A DNA stretch of 61,151 nucleotides, filler included, from Sphacelaria rigidula (GCA_964200075.2; 8 parts of 8 records of this genome joined end to end with filler, not necessarily neighbours in it), one strand, 5' to 3'; shown: positions 1 to 12,763, counted from the whole stretch's first letter. Numbers and translations are program-made. Notes: generated by a model not told the origin, from the sequence alone.

Positions 1-159
1 CGAACAGCTGTTGAGGGGAAATCTCTAAAGGTCGGCATACTGCACAGCAACACAGGTAGAAGCGACAAATGAGAACATCGTGAAGATTGTATCGCTAAAG
101 AAAGTAGCCAAAAAGTCACAGTTCTTTCTTCTTTTTTCGTGCTGGCATAATCTGTTCCA

Positions 160-395
160 ATCAATTCGACCTCACGGTCGACGAGGGAAAGGGAGTGCTG
201 GGCCCTCTGTCGAGAAAGGAAAAATAAGGGAAGCAACGCAGCAGCAAGGTGGAGAACTAAAACAAATAAAATAAAAAGTCCTGCGTTGACCTTCCTCCCG
301 TGTTAGCCTTCCTCCTGTGTGATCCCGGCTCGTGCGCCCATATATACCGAAAGATGTAGACTGGCGTCCAGAACAGATGGGACGACAGCACAGAT
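160..395 (+). mobile_element. SINE 3' part (dispersed family, other copies at 8311-8535, 15705-15866, 31353-31432)
   Basis: GGTCGACGAGGGAAAGGGAGTG...CGTCCAGAACAGATGGGACGACA recurs as a reverse complement at 8311-8535 and directly at 31353-31432; ends in an (AC/AT)-rich tail. Confidence 0.75.
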
Positions 396-1616
396 ATAGA
401 TACAGCAAATACAGACGTTGCTCAGCCAAGGCTCGACGTACCCCTACCACCACCTGCCGTGCAGCCATAGCATACACAGCTTGTACACAAGGCTGGCACA
501 AGACGGGAAAAGCCGTTCATGCACGTGCTGTACAGTACAGTACTTACTATCGCCATTATCCATCTGATCAGGGGGGTACCTACCCATCCAAAATGGGGTA
601 CCCTCCCACCCGTCGCCCAGAATGAGGTTTTCGGGAATCGGGGGAGGTGAACAACGTCTTCCAGCCTGTAATGCCCCTTGCGCCAGGACGGGATAACAAC
701 GATCCCGGACTGGAGATTGGAGAATGACAGTCCCGGGGTGACAGTCCCGGGGAGACGGTCCGGGTTGACTAGCGCGGAGTTATTAGTATGCGGGTCGGGT
801 CATATAGAGGTTAAAATAATATTTTTATGTTTTTTTGTTTGTCGAATATTGTTGAAGAAATTGATCAAGAAACACTGCCAACAATCGAAAATTCTGGGCG
901 GCTTCGCGAAATTGGTACACTTTGCTTCTGGTCCTTGCTCGCTCTGTCCCGACGACCTCGGATGCTAGCCACGCTCACGCATATGTGCGCCCACGAGCGC
1001 ACGGTAGCGATGGACATTGGACACATGACTCGATGAACGAACACCAAAGAATATTGTTTCCCCTTTATCACAAATATGTGACACGTTAAGAGTTGAGCGT
1101 ATCACCCAACACGCATGATCAATTCCAATCCCACCGTATCAAAAAATCGAAAAATATGTAGATACCCCGTACAATTAATGGGCACGCCAACCTATCCATC
1201 TTCACCAATGTCCAGACTACACCCGATGTTTTTCATCACTCAGCAAGCAGTCTCGTCAAACAACAATACTTCCTGTAGAAATCACCCACGCTTTCACCGC
1301 CTCCCGGCTTCTTGGGTGATAGTCAAGCAATAGGGACTGGGGGAAAGATACGCCTTGTTCGAAAGCGCGTGTGGTGGAAACGCCACGCTCTTTTCCAAAG
1401 ATTAAATGTACTATGAGGTCTATGACTATTCGCCGATGCGTTGCTTTTTGAGGTTCTTGTATGCTGACGCACGAATTATGCGAACGGGGGACTTTGTATT
1501 CAAGTTTTGCATCCCCGTCGTAGTGCTCGCATTTTGTGTATATTTTTATTTGCATCACATGCGTCCCCTAGATATTGCGTTTCTGCTGACTTGATCTTGT
1601 GCATGTCTTGTACTTT

Positions 1617-1750
1617 GTATTCGAATGATCTTGTTGATCGGATGACCGTGCAGCAACAACAGTCCCTTGCTGTGTGCTGAAACAGATTACTGCCCTCTTG
1701 CAGTAACTGGGAAGATGATGATGTGCTGTAATTCTTCATTATCACTATCC
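1617..1750 (-). repeat. Copia 3' LTR (alignable part; may extend to ~1890)
   Basis: Aligns ungapped to 7026-7159 with 15 mismatches in 134 bp; a purine tract (GGAGAAGGG on the minus strand) lies near 1903-1912. Confidence 0.8.
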
Positions 1751-2159
1751 ACGCGTAGGAAATTGGGTGACGAGAGGTGAGGGAGACGAGTGAGGGAGTA
1801 GGGCGTAGGACGCTACCCTGTCACGACAGCCTACGATCCATAAGCTACAGCGTCGTAAGATCCGCGATATATTCCCCAAAACATAGGAACTCCGATCAAT
1901 TTGCCCTTCTCCAATCGCAAGGAACGTTCTCAGTAACCTTGCCAGAATAATCGAACACCCCGCAATATCTCACTCATGCTTCTTCTGGCTTCTGCTCGTA
2001 GATCAACTGTATTGAACACCCTCCCTAGCTTTATCGACTAACGAGCCCTAGCATGGCCGTATTATCATCGAATGAACTGCACTACATCGAACTCCCTACT
2101 ATCACCGCTTGTCTCAAATGATGCGATCCACCACAACAAAAAAACTGAAACGATGAATT

Positions 2160-5100
2160 CTACATCCTGCCTAGAAGAAAATCACGGTGCCTTTCGAAAC
2201 TCTCTCTACCAATGACTTTGCTTAGCATACCCGCATGCTGTTCTTCTCATTGAATATACTTCACGGGTATGTCACCACTACCAACCAACTCCCTGAGAAA
2301 CTGATACCCTGTATCAGTGTGTTTGCTGTTGGACGATCTCAAGGGTTTTTCAGCGAAGCCTATCGCCGCCTTGTGTTGTCTTCAAAAACGCCAATGCTTT
2401 TCGACACCAAACTGGGCATTACGAACTGCAGAATCCATCTCACATACAGGGCCTTCTTGACACCGTCTGCCATTGCTACATGCTGTCTCTGGAGTAGATA
2501 GGGTGACGCACTTCTGCGTCCTAGAGAACCAAGACACTATCCTACCTCCACAGCAAAAAGTTACACCGGAAACGGAACGTCGGTCCTCTGTCTTATGGGC
2601 GTAGTCTGCATCAACGTACGTATCCGAATCAAACCCCAACTGAAGACATCCCAAGTCGCTACTCCTCTTGAAAAGTGAACCTAAGTCCGACGTAGCATTC
2701 AAATACTCGAGTATCTTCTGTGCCGGCTAGTAGTGAGTCAGCTCGGGTTCGTGAGAAAACCGATCGACTGACCGAACTGTATTTACGATATCGGGCCTCG
2801 TTTGGTTCGCTATCCACATCAAGCTCCCCACGATCTCACCGAAAGGCGCGTCTAACACGGTCTTCCCCTCGCTCGCATGCCTAAGGTCTAAAAAAGAGGT
2901 AGCGGGAATGGGGCTAGTCTTCGAGACGTCAAAACGATTTAGCACACTATCATTAAAATGGGTTTGCGAAATTTCCAAATTACCTCTCTCCCGATCCCTT
3001 TTGTACTCACTCCCCATGTACCACTCTACCTCCCCGAGATGTTAGTGGGAAATCTCTGATTGAGTGCACCGACTAATACCTCACTCAGTTGATCTGTAGT
3101 TGATATCATGATATCGTCCACATGAAAGACCATCATTGACAAAAGGCCTTCAGCAACCCTCAGTCGAAACACACAGGATGCTACCAAGCATTGCTCCAAA
3201 CCACGCTCCACCAGGGTTAATGACAATAGTTGATACCATGCACGACCACTTTGATTCAAACCGTTCAAAGCCTTGTTAAGGCGCACTACCTTACCATATA
3301 CTGATCCACAGCCGGGGAGCATGCGCAAGTAGATATCGGTGTCCAACTCCGACTGAATGAAAGCCTAGTCTACATCCAAGTGCCTCAAATTCCTGTCTAT
3401 CTCACATGCCATAGCTGCCACCAACCTGTTTGAAGTAACTGATGCCGTTGGGACAAATGTCTCAAAGTAATCCACTCCCTTTACGTGATTATACCCCATA
3501 CCTACCATACGGGCTTTCGCCCGGTCAACCATACCATGTGAACGATGTTTCCACTTGTATACACCCATTTAGCGCCCACAATGTTGCACCCCTCTGGAAT
3601 GTCAGTCACGTCCTCGAACGTTTCGGCAGCCATACGCCCATCGAACTCTATCCTCATCGCCTCCACCCACACGTCCGAGTATTGAGATGAACACACCGCA
3701 GGGTATGACAACGGCTCCGGCCCCACTTCCTTGACCAGACATTTAGGGAGCTCGCCCGGCGTACGGGTAACCTCCTGCACTGCCAACAGGCCATGGATGA
3801 ACTTTCCCCCTTCATCGGGTCCTTACATGGTCATGAGCCCGAACTCTTCTTGATTGAGCGCTCGTGTCTGCGCTCTGGTTGGTCCAAGCTCCTTGTTATT
3901 TTCAGATCCAACCAGATTTGACTCGAGTTGCCGCGCCGCAGTCCGCGCCGCGGCTGAAACTGAAGCAGTTCCGTCCGATGAAGACGAGTCGCTCTCCTCC
4001 ACTGAGAGGTTGCCGTCGACAGACGGCTCATTACTCACCGATGGTAAATAAACACCTCAAGAATCAGTTGTATCGTCGGGGGCCGACTGCTTTTTATCGC
4101 CAAGAGAACCCCGCTCACCTTCACCATCATGGTCTGCGCTCTTCGCGGGAAATATCACTCGACGCTGATGGAGAATTCCCCTCCTCGGTAGCGGTAATGG
4201 GAGTCGATGGGGCAGAATCGAGATCATCTAGTCCTCCCGGCTCTGGAGCCTCCCCCAGTTTGATGTACCTCCCGTCGGTGACGTCCCTCCCAAATCTGAC
4301 CCTCCTGTCAGCTTCGGCGAAGCCAGCTGCTACAGTTGTGCCGGCGGCACCACCATGATCGGCGGCGCCTCCCAGTTGACGTCCCTTGTCCCAACTGCTT
4401 TATTTTCCCGCGTCAGTATCCGCAATGAATCGCGGGGATGATCGATGCCGGGCCCGAGGTAGAAGCTACTCTCGCACTCGGGGAACGACTGTGACGGTCG
4501 GTTCCAGCGGCAATAGCCCGGACGAAGAAACGGATGTGGTGATGCAGGTGTTGCCTTACCGTGCCACATCTCGTACGGCGACTTGTTACCGTGGTTGGAC
4601 GTCGTCGCGGTGTGATTCAGGGCGTCACACACCCAATATATCGCTCCAGCCCAGAGGGCCTCCGATGGTGGCAGCTCGACATGTTGAAAGAGGATGGGGG
4701 CTTGGATGCAAGCACCAAGTGCGACGTTTTGAATAATACCTAGAGCTCTCTCGGCAACGCCATTTAGTCCCGGACACTTCGCGCTGGTAAATTCCTGCTT
4801 GATGCAGTAGTGCCTACACACGCCTTTAAATCATCACCGAAAAACTCCCCTTTGTCGTCAGACCTAACTGTCATCACTTCCGAAGGTACACCATCCGCAC
4901 GTACATCAACCAAAAACTTCCTGAAAGCATCAGCGGTGTCGGACTTTCGCTCGAGAAAATATATCCATGCGTACCGGGTAAAAGCGCATTTTCCAATCAT
5001 TACATACTTCTTCCCTAGCAATGAAGGAGTTCCCTGAGGACCGCTAAGACCAACAAAAACTCTTCTTAGCTTCTGAGAAGCACGATATTTCGTGTTGGTT

Positions 5101-6981
5101 GCGATTGTTTTCCTTTGTCCCTTTGCCATGGAACATCCTGTACCGGTTTGAAGTCACTCATTAACTCTATACCTAGCGATTTTGCTGTCTCTCTCAATAA
5201 AAATGTATTGGCATGTCCGTGTACGCAGTGGAAAATGCCAATGTCTACCGCAGTCTCGCGTGAGTCAGCATTACCAGGGACCATCACAGGGAACGCCAGG
5301 GCAACAGGGGGGTCGAGTTGCACTCAATTTTCAACAGACTCGGGACCCAACAAGGGGGAGGATATGTAGTCGTCACCAGAATCAATCCTTTTACCATACG
5401 TTGAGTACCCAGACCCATCACTCCAAAATCTGAAACGCCCATCCAGTAGGGTCACACTATTGTCGAAGTCATCAGTCGAGAAGCCTACCCTTCGTGTGTG
5501 CGCAGCCAAAAGTGAGAATAGATTGAAAGCTAAATCCGATACGTATGCCACCTTCTCAAGCCTTACTGTCACTCCTCCAGCCCTGTGGGGAAAAACTACA
5601 GTCAATGATCCACAACACGCAACGTCGATGAGGGTATTATTACCGATCTTAACTTTGTCCTCAGATAGTTTCACGTCACGGAGCATTTCAGCACTTGAAG
5701 TGTTGCTCCATTATCATCTATTCACCTTTCAATACCGCCATAACTGCCACAACGCTCTCCCACTGTATCGTCCTTACTTTGTTGTATACCTATCGATAAA
5801 CACGCTATGATTTCGCCAGAGCCACCCTGTGATTTCATCGGGGCTGGGGTGACGTGTGCGGTACCGTCAAACCATCGGTGTCCTGGCTCTAAGCAACGAT
5901 GACACTTGTTTCGCATGTCGTCGTACTTCTTGCCTACATTTTTGGTACTGCTATTCTGGTCGTTCCTATCTGCTATAGTACCACTGGAAACACTCCTACC
6001 ACCTTTGCCACCACCCTTGGCTCCATCTTGATTGCGATTTCGGCGGGTGGGCTAGCTCGTAACGAGAGCTTGTCCGACGTCATGGTTCTTCGCACCATTC
6101 CTTGACATAAGCGTGTATCTCTGCTGTAGGATAGCCTTCATCTCCGCCCGGGTTATGTCGTCTCTGTACAAGACAGGACGCTGTTCGTACTCATGGTCGT
6201 TTGTGAGTACCTCAACCATCTTGAGGTTAACGCCCTCTACAGGCATGTGTACCCTTAGTTATTCTAGTACACCCACAATCATATACACGCGCGCGAAGGA
6301 CTTCATAGGATGTTCCTGTTTCTCCATTTGCAACTCGTTAAAAAGGCGTTTCTACTTGGCTTTTTCAGAGAAAGTGCTCGGGAGAAACGAGTTACATTGA
6401 AGCCTGCACTCGGGGAGTTTGTGTCAAACACCGTACTTGATCATTCACGGTCCGTGATACTCTCTGTCAAACACGTCCAAGCAATACGTGCTCGTCTTAT
6501 GCTTGTCTCACTAATACCTTGGTCAACCAAAAACTATGAATTACCTGAGGGGCCACTTACGGGCATATCAATAGTCGTGCTGACGCCTGTATACAATCGT
6601 TGGAAAATGCGAAACCCTCAAACCGTCTTTTGTATGAAAGAAATTCAACAATTCCACCAAACTTGGGAACAGCAGATTTGATGCTTCTTATTTCCCAAGA
6701 ACTCAACACGAAAGGGCTACCTCCTGCAATCCCAACCTCACCGACAGCTGACAGCAAGCTATCGGTGGCGAGTCCACCTCCACGACCGGAAGCAGACCCT
6801 GCCCGCTCCACGCTCGTAGTACCATCGAGATACCATGGTTGATCTTCACTGACGTACCTCTCAATTCGTCCGCCTCTGCTTTCCTGGGCAGCCTCGACGC
6901 GTGACAGCCTTCCTCCAAGATCCTTGTCTGCGTCTCGAGCAGCGCCCTCAATTATTCCACTGCACTGTCTTGATCCGCCAT
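2160..6981 (-). pseudogene. Copia gag-pol polyprotein, multiple stops and frameshifts
   Basis: Fragments: gag start MADQDSAVE*LRALLE; zinc knuckle CHRCLEPGHRWFDG; protease DNGAT; integrase FVGLSGP/VRSDDKGEF/NGVAER; RT KARMVGMGYNHVKGVDYFETFVPTA, LNKALNGLNQSG, FHVDDIMI; RNase H YVDADYA..DRRSVSG, QKCVTLST; ends FERHRDFLLGRM* at 2160. Confidence 0.95.
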
Positions 6982-7025
6982 CTCAGAGCAACAATCCAAA
7001 TTCGAGCTATAAATGATACGTTGAC

Positions 7026-7159
7026 GTATTCGAATGATCGTGTTGATCGGATGGCCTTGCAGCAACACCAGCCCCTTGCTGTGTGCTGAAACAGACTACT
7101 GCCCTCTTCCAGTAACTGGAAAGAAAATGATGTCTTGTAAGTCTTCGTTATTACTATCC
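7026..7159 (-). repeat. Copia 5' LTR remnant
   Basis: About 89% identical direct repeat of 1617-1750, lying ~45 bp upstream of the gag ATG. Confidence 0.8.
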
Positions 7160-7409
7160 GAGCCATGCTACGATAGGGGGGGGGGGGGTGCTCGATTCCA
7201 CGGGAAAATGTGCTCATAGCTGTGTCAAACGACCTGAAACACTTGCGGTGCGCTTGTACTTGGGTAATAGCGGTGCAAAGCAGTATGAACGAGCGTTATT
7301 TATCGGAAGCAAGCGCGCTCGAATAACGGCTGGCCGCTTTCAACGACGATTGAAGTGGAATGTCCTGGAAGAAAAATGTCCCAAATACCCCCCCCCCCCA
7401 AGTGGCGAT

Positions 7410-7557
7410 ATATGCTCCGTCTCGAAAGGGATACGTGGTCAATGGTCAAATGGCTAAGGCAAGCAACAAATGAGTACGCCCCCCCAAGTGGCGATATAAT
7501 GAGCGCCAGAATGTTGGAGGTGTCTCTATTAGGAGTAGGAACGGTGCTCCGTCTCGA
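7410..7557 (+). repeat. Dispersed/tandem repeat, also at 61070-61151
   Basis: TGCTCCGTCTCGAAAGGGAT(A/G)CGTGGTCA...AAATGAGTACGCCCCCCC is shared with the end of the last contig; the unit restarts at ~7545. Confidence 0.7.
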
Positions 7558-7657
7558 NNNNNNNNNNNNNNNNNNNNNNNNNNNNNNNNNNNNNNNNNNN
7601 NTTAATTAATTAANNNNNNNNNNNNNNNNNNNNNNNNNNNNNNNNNNNNNNNNNNNN
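7558..7657. other. Artificial contig spacer (44N-TTAATTAATTAA-44N)
   Basis: Identical 100-bp linker with stops in all six frames. Confidence 0.98.
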
Positions 7658-7847
7658 TGGGGGCACGGGAGACGGGCAACCCCCAAAATAGTTTCAAGGA
7701 GGTCGGGGGGCTCCTTTTCTTAGATGTATTGGCTACCCATCGATAATTACCAGACTCGGGGATGTCGTCACGGGTTTCAAGCAATCCACATGTCGGACAG
7801 CTCAAGTCAGGTTAAAACGAGTTAACGCTTTTTCGCATACCTCACCT

Positions 7848-8145
7848 GTGAGTTATAGCAACATAACCCAGCGGTGCACATTTTGGCGGGGTGAGTTAGT
7901 CGGCATAACTCAGCGACGCAAAATCTGGTGGGGTGAGTTATACTACATAAACTCAGTGGTGCACATTCTGGCCTGATGAACCATACTAAATAACTCAGCG
8001 GTGCATAGTCTAGCCGGGTGAGTCATAGAAAATCACTTAGCGGTGCATATTCTGGCCGGGTGGGTTATAGCAGATAACCCAGCGGTGCATAATTTAGCCA
8101 GGTGAGATATAGATCATAATTCATTGCTGCAAAATCTGGCCGGTT
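7848..8145. repeat. 42-bp tandem repeat, left block (~7 units)
   Basis: Consensus ATAACTCAGCGGTGCACATTCTGGCCGGGTGAGTTATAGAAG; each unit has the internal inverted repeat ATAACTCA...TGAGTTAT. Confidence 0.9.
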
Positions 8146-8310
8146 CAGTAATACTATACAACATCACTGATCGGTTAAAAAGAGAGAGGGACGTGGAGCT
8201 CAGTCATGTGTTCTGAGTTCTGTACACAGAGATGACACATTGCCCCTCTCATTATGGTTCCGTACTATGTACTCGTTCCAGTACATGATTTCATATTTCT
8301 CCTGCGGCAG

Positions 8311-8535
8311 TGTTGTCGTCCCATCATTCTGGACGCCGGTCTACACCTTTCGATATATATGTGGGCGCACCAGCCAGGGTCACGCAGGAGGAACGTCAAC
8401 ACATGAGCTTTTATTTCTTTGTTTCAAGTACCTCACCTTCCTTCTGCGGTGCTGGCCTTTTGTTTTTTATCGCGAAAGGGGTTCAGCACTCCCTTCCCTT
8501 CGTCGACCGTTACGTGGAATTTTGTAGTATTCATT
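8311..8535 (-). mobile_element. SINE 3' part
   Basis: Reverse-complement homologue of 160-395 (TGTCGTCCCATC..TTCTGGACGCC...CCCTTCGTCGACC). Confidence 0.75.
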
Positions 8536-8622
8536 ATTGATGTGCGGATCTACCCCGGGGTTTCTCACACTGCATATATCGGCAGACGTGTCACGTGATC
8601 ACATGTTTCCACTTAGTTAAAT

Positions 8623-9852
8623 AGGCCGTGTTTTACCTAGACCAGAAAAGTGAGAACGCGTCATGAGAGTGAGGGATTCTGGCGGTTTTGTGTCATTTTC
8701 CCGTCCTTTTGTAGTTTTCAATTGGTTGCCCATCCGCTCTCAACCAATCGAAAGGACGAAACAAAAAAAAAATGGGCAATGACCTAAAGAAGGTATATCT
8801 TCTCGTTTTTTGCTTGAGAAACGTACAAAAAATGGCCAGAGAACGCGAAAACAGCTAAACACGCCATTTTGACCGTTTTCGCTTCGAAATTGTCGCGAAC
8901 ATCACTCGGGGGGGGGGGCTTGGCACCCGGGCCTCGAAAACAAACGGGGACAAAACATGTTACTCGCGATATATGGCCACGCGAAAACGCACGCCCCGCC
9001 TTCAGAAACCGCTTCCCCTTCGTGGGCCAAAAATTCACCAGGTATACCTGATTCAGGAATTATTTTTCAATAGTACCTTATCTAGGCCACCGACCGGCCG
9101 AGAACGCATCTGTGCTAGGCCATCGCTATATATTCTGTACCTGATGCGGCATATCGCGCTCAAGGGAGTCTACGCGCCAACTTCAACCATGGCGCCCACA
9201 CATTCGGCTCTTTTCCCGCTCATTTGCCGTTCACGGACGCCACAACGACCACGCCCCTTTCTCCCCGGAAATGGTTCCCGAGTCTCTCCGCATCGACACA
9301 ATAACTGGACTCACAACTCACACCGCGTCGGCATTTTGTGATGCGGGGGGTTGTGGAATACCGAACTGTTGCGATCTCGGGGCTGGTGTCAAGGTCAAGC
9401 TAATCTCTTCCATCGATGGTTGGTCCAAGCAACGGATACAGCACTGGCCATCACACATATAGAAATAGGGACAGAACAGTACCAGCGTTCAGCACTACAG
9501 TATCTTCTGCGGCACAATCCGAACTTCTAGCTGGCCGTTGGTGATTGCTATGCACGGCCCCGATAGACGTGACGGGTGTGTCCCGCGAATGTTTTCGTTG
9601 GGCGCACGGGAGAGCTTAGCTTGACGTTGACACCAGCCCCGAGTGATGTGCGTGAAAATTTCGGAGCGAAAACGGTCTAACTGGCGTGTTCCGCTGTTTT
9701 CGCGTCTCTGGCCATTTTCTGTACCCTTCTTGAGCAAAAAACGACAAGGTGTACCTTTTCTAGGCCATTGCCCAACACAAAATACCAAAATCGCCAGAAT
9801 CACTCACTCTCATTGCGCGTAGTCACTTTTCCTGCCTCGTTAAAACGGGCCC
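8623..9852. mobile_element. Non-autonomous long-TIR element, PIF/Harbinger-like
   Basis: Imperfect inverted arms of ~300 bp (8623-~8910 vs ~9635-9852). The right terminus reads GGGCCCGTTTTA on the minus strand next to TTA, like PIF ends; the left TSD is not clean. Confidence 0.7.
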
Positions 9853-9899
9853 TTAAACAAGTGACTAGTGTTGACCCCTGTGTTTCACATATTTCCGGT

Positions 9900-10290
9900 C
9901 GAGTGAGTTGTAATGCATAACTCATTCTCTGATAACTCAGCTGTGATTCATGCAAGATAACTCAGCGGTACATATTCTGGTCAGGCGCGACTTATAGAAG
10001 ATATCTCAGCGGTGCACATTCTGGGCGGGTGAGGTAAAGAAGAAAACTCAGCGGTGAAAAATCTGGCGGGGTGAGTTATACTACATAACTCAGGGGTGAA
10101 TATTCTGGCCGGTTGAGTCATGGAAAATAACTCGGCGGTTCATATTGTAGTCGGATGGGTTTTGGAAGATAACTCAGCCGTGTATAATCTGGACGGATGA
10201 GTTATAGAAGATAACTCAGCGGTGCACATCCTGGCCGGCTGAGGTAAAGAAGACGCATATTTTTGACCGGCGAGTTATCCAGCATAACTG
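9900..10290. repeat. 42-bp tandem repeat, right block (~8 units)
   Basis: Same unit and orientation as 7848-8145. Confidence 0.9.
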
Positions 10291-10664
10291 AGTTGACTCA
10301 TGAGTTGTAAGACGTGTGAAATCATCCTTTCATCTTCAGAGCAGCAGTAACAACAGCGACAACAGCAGCAACAGGAGCAGCAGCAGCGAAAGCAGATGTT
10401 GTACTGTACTGCAGGTATAACCAGAGGAACCTCTGCAAGCTTATGCCAGGAAAAAAAAATGAGAAAGTGGAACCGGAAGGTGTCTCTGCGGCGTTCGATA
10501 GAAGTCATTCGATAGTTCGCACACCCGTCGTGATGCGAGGAACCAAGTACGTTATTTAACATTGTACGTATTGACTAACTGCAACAGAGAACCCAAACAT
10601 ATCGTTTCAGTTTTCCTCCGACATGACGTATCGTGATGAGAATTGAAAATAAAAAGGCAATTTA

Positions 10665-11658
10665 CAAAAAATGGGTACACCCTCACTTCTTTCAACAAAG
10701 GAAGGTGACGCGTTTTTCGGTTTGGCGCGTTGCGCTGCGTGCGGGCTGAACACCGTGAAAACACGTTCCAGCGCCTCAGCCTCATGCGCAAGGTGTCTGG
10801 GCAGCATGACCGACCATTTCTTTGTTTTTTCACACGTGGTATCAGGCCTAACCGAGACGCGGAAAAGGAGAGCCTGTTAGACTACCTTTTGTTTTGTAAA
10901 CAAACCAGGAGGGTATATTCTAATCTCTGCTAAAATTTCATTCCTTAACTTTTTTTTCAACACTCGTGTACCCTTGAATGCTCAAGTCTATACTTTTCGA
11001 TAGCCTTCTTTATGAAGTGATGACCGCGCCGACGGCTCCGCAAAAGACACGGCCAACAGTCACCGTACCAATTTGTTTGGTGAAATTACACCCTGCCAAA
11101 AAGGCCGAAATCCAACGAGCAAGGAATGGTAGCCCCCCGCCGGTTGGCCCACAGACACGGAAGATCCGACGATGCATACATGGCGCCAACGATTGTGCAG
11201 CGGAGCTCACAATGATCCAACGACCATGTGTAATGCCGTTCGGGCGTGTGTGTATCAGCAACATATTTCTTGCTCGCTGGGTTTCAACCTTCCTGGCCAA
11301 GTGTAATTTTACCGAAAAAATGGGTACGGTCGTGACTGTTCGGCGTGTCTTCTGTGGAGCCGTCGGTACGGTTACCATTTCACAAAGAAGGCTGAAAAGG
11401 GGTAGAGACTTGAGTACTCACGAGTACACAAGTGAACAAAAAAAGGGTAGGAGGTGAATTTCTAGCAGAGAGTACGGTGTATCCTCCTGGTTTGTTTACA
11501 AAATAAAGGATACTCCAACAGGCTCTCTTTTTCCGCGTCTTGGTGAAGCCTAATACCACGTGTGAAAACATAAAGAAATGGTCGAGCATACTGCACAGAC
11601 ACCTCGCGCGTGAGGCCGAGGCGCTGGAACGTGTTTTCGAGGTGTACCCTTTTCCCTG
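10665..11658. mobile_element. Foldback/MITE with ~370-bp inverted arms, TA flanks (Tc1/mariner-like)
   Basis: 10757-11128 is the diverged reverse complement of 11263-11640 (the ORF track shows mirrored peptides). Termini are TA-CAAAAAATGGGTACACC / GGTGTACCCTTTTCCCTG-TA. Confidence 0.8.
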
Positions 11659-12092
11659 TATAACCCACACTTAAAAATCAGCCACAGTCACGGACTTGGC
11701 AATGTGCTCGCGTTTGCTTGTGTAAGGTTCTAGATCATAATTCTGAAAGGGGCAAAAACAACGGCTAAAAATCCGTATGTTTGAGGGAAAAGAGCGTCGT
11801 TGATACGGTCATTCCTTCATGTTTTTCACGAGCAATGATTAAGAAAATTGAAACTCACGCGCGCTTTCGGAGTGAGAACAACTTGATATTTGCTTATCCT
11901 TAGTATTTACCTTCGTAATCGAGTATCGGGAGAACCGTTTTTGCGGGAAAATGTTATATATTCCCTGAAGACTATATCTGAATGCATACATCGAGTCCAG
12001 ATTTCAAAATGGACCTCGAGCCACAATCACCAACTTTGTACTGTGGATGCGCACACCTGCGTTGAGTTTCACATCGCGATCTTGAAAACCAT

Positions 12093-12296
12093 CAAGGGCA
12101 GCTCGGGTAGGGTACACCCGATATTGACATATTTTAAAAGTGGAGAATCTGACTCAGTCCCACAGCAGCAGCCAGCCCAGCGCTTTTGTTCACCTCTCTA
12201 AAACCTATACAAGTCGTTGCGACTGACTTGGGCAGGTGATGTGCAACTTTTCAAAATACCACAAAATCGGGTATACCACTACCCGACCTGTCCTTG
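12093..12296. mobile_element. 204-bp MITE with 8-bp TSD (hAT- or P-like)
   Basis: ~58-bp imperfect TIR starting CAAGG; exact flanking duplication AAAACCAT at 12085-12092 and 12297-12304. Confidence 0.85.
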
Positions 12297-12763
12297 AAAA
12301 CCATGGAAGAAAACGAAAGGCAGTCTTACGGTAGTACAGTTTGAAACATCATATTCCTTTAATCAGCATTTCTGCGCAGGCGATTTGTCACCGTCAATTG
12401 GAAGTTTGAGAGTCGGTAGGCGTTGGGAAAAAAAGCAGCCAATTTTTAAAACATGACAGCTTTGTGTACAAACCAACACGAAATAGCCGGGTTTTGATCC
12501 GAGTCTTTACTTTCAAGTAATAAATCAGCAAGTCGCAGCGCAAAACCAGCCAGCCACGGTGTCGTGTTCGGCCTCTTGTAAGCTACCATAGCATCAAGGC
12601 ACATGTGTTCAATCGTATGTATACCGTCTACTCGTACATGTCGAGGAAATGGTAGAAGCCGTAGAGCGTCGTCGTGCTTTTTTTGTGGGACCAGCTGAAA
12701 TGAATCACCCAAACTCTCGAACCTCACCGAACATGCTCTGAAATTGTATCTGTCTATCCTCAC

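Larger units (their letters stand above)
1617..7159 (-). mobile_element. Ty1/copia LTR retrotransposon, decayed
   Basis: Minus-strand domain order gag-PR-IN-RT-RNaseH, flanked by two 134-bp direct repeats (1617-1750, 7026-7159). The outer LTR limits are not resolved. Confidence 0.95.

Noticed and set aside
1100..1560. RT-like phrase TRAFEQGVSFPQSLL
   Set aside because: No other RT motifs in frame or nearby.
6826..6838. PBS-like TGGTATC on the minus strand
   Set aside because: It lies inside the gag frame ~150 bp downstream of the ATG, not next to the LTR.
7602..7613. TTAATTAATTAA palindrome recurring every ~7.66 kb
   Set aside because: Assembly linker embedded in N runs, not biological.
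7848..10290. CRISPR- or TIGR-like array
   Set aside because: The units are homologous along their whole length with no unique spacers, there is no associated nuclease gene, and the context is eukaryotic.
10671..11670. Paired ORFs with similar peptides on opposite strands
   Set aside because: By-product of the inverted arms of a foldback element; the same applies at 20246-21463 and 53786-54193.
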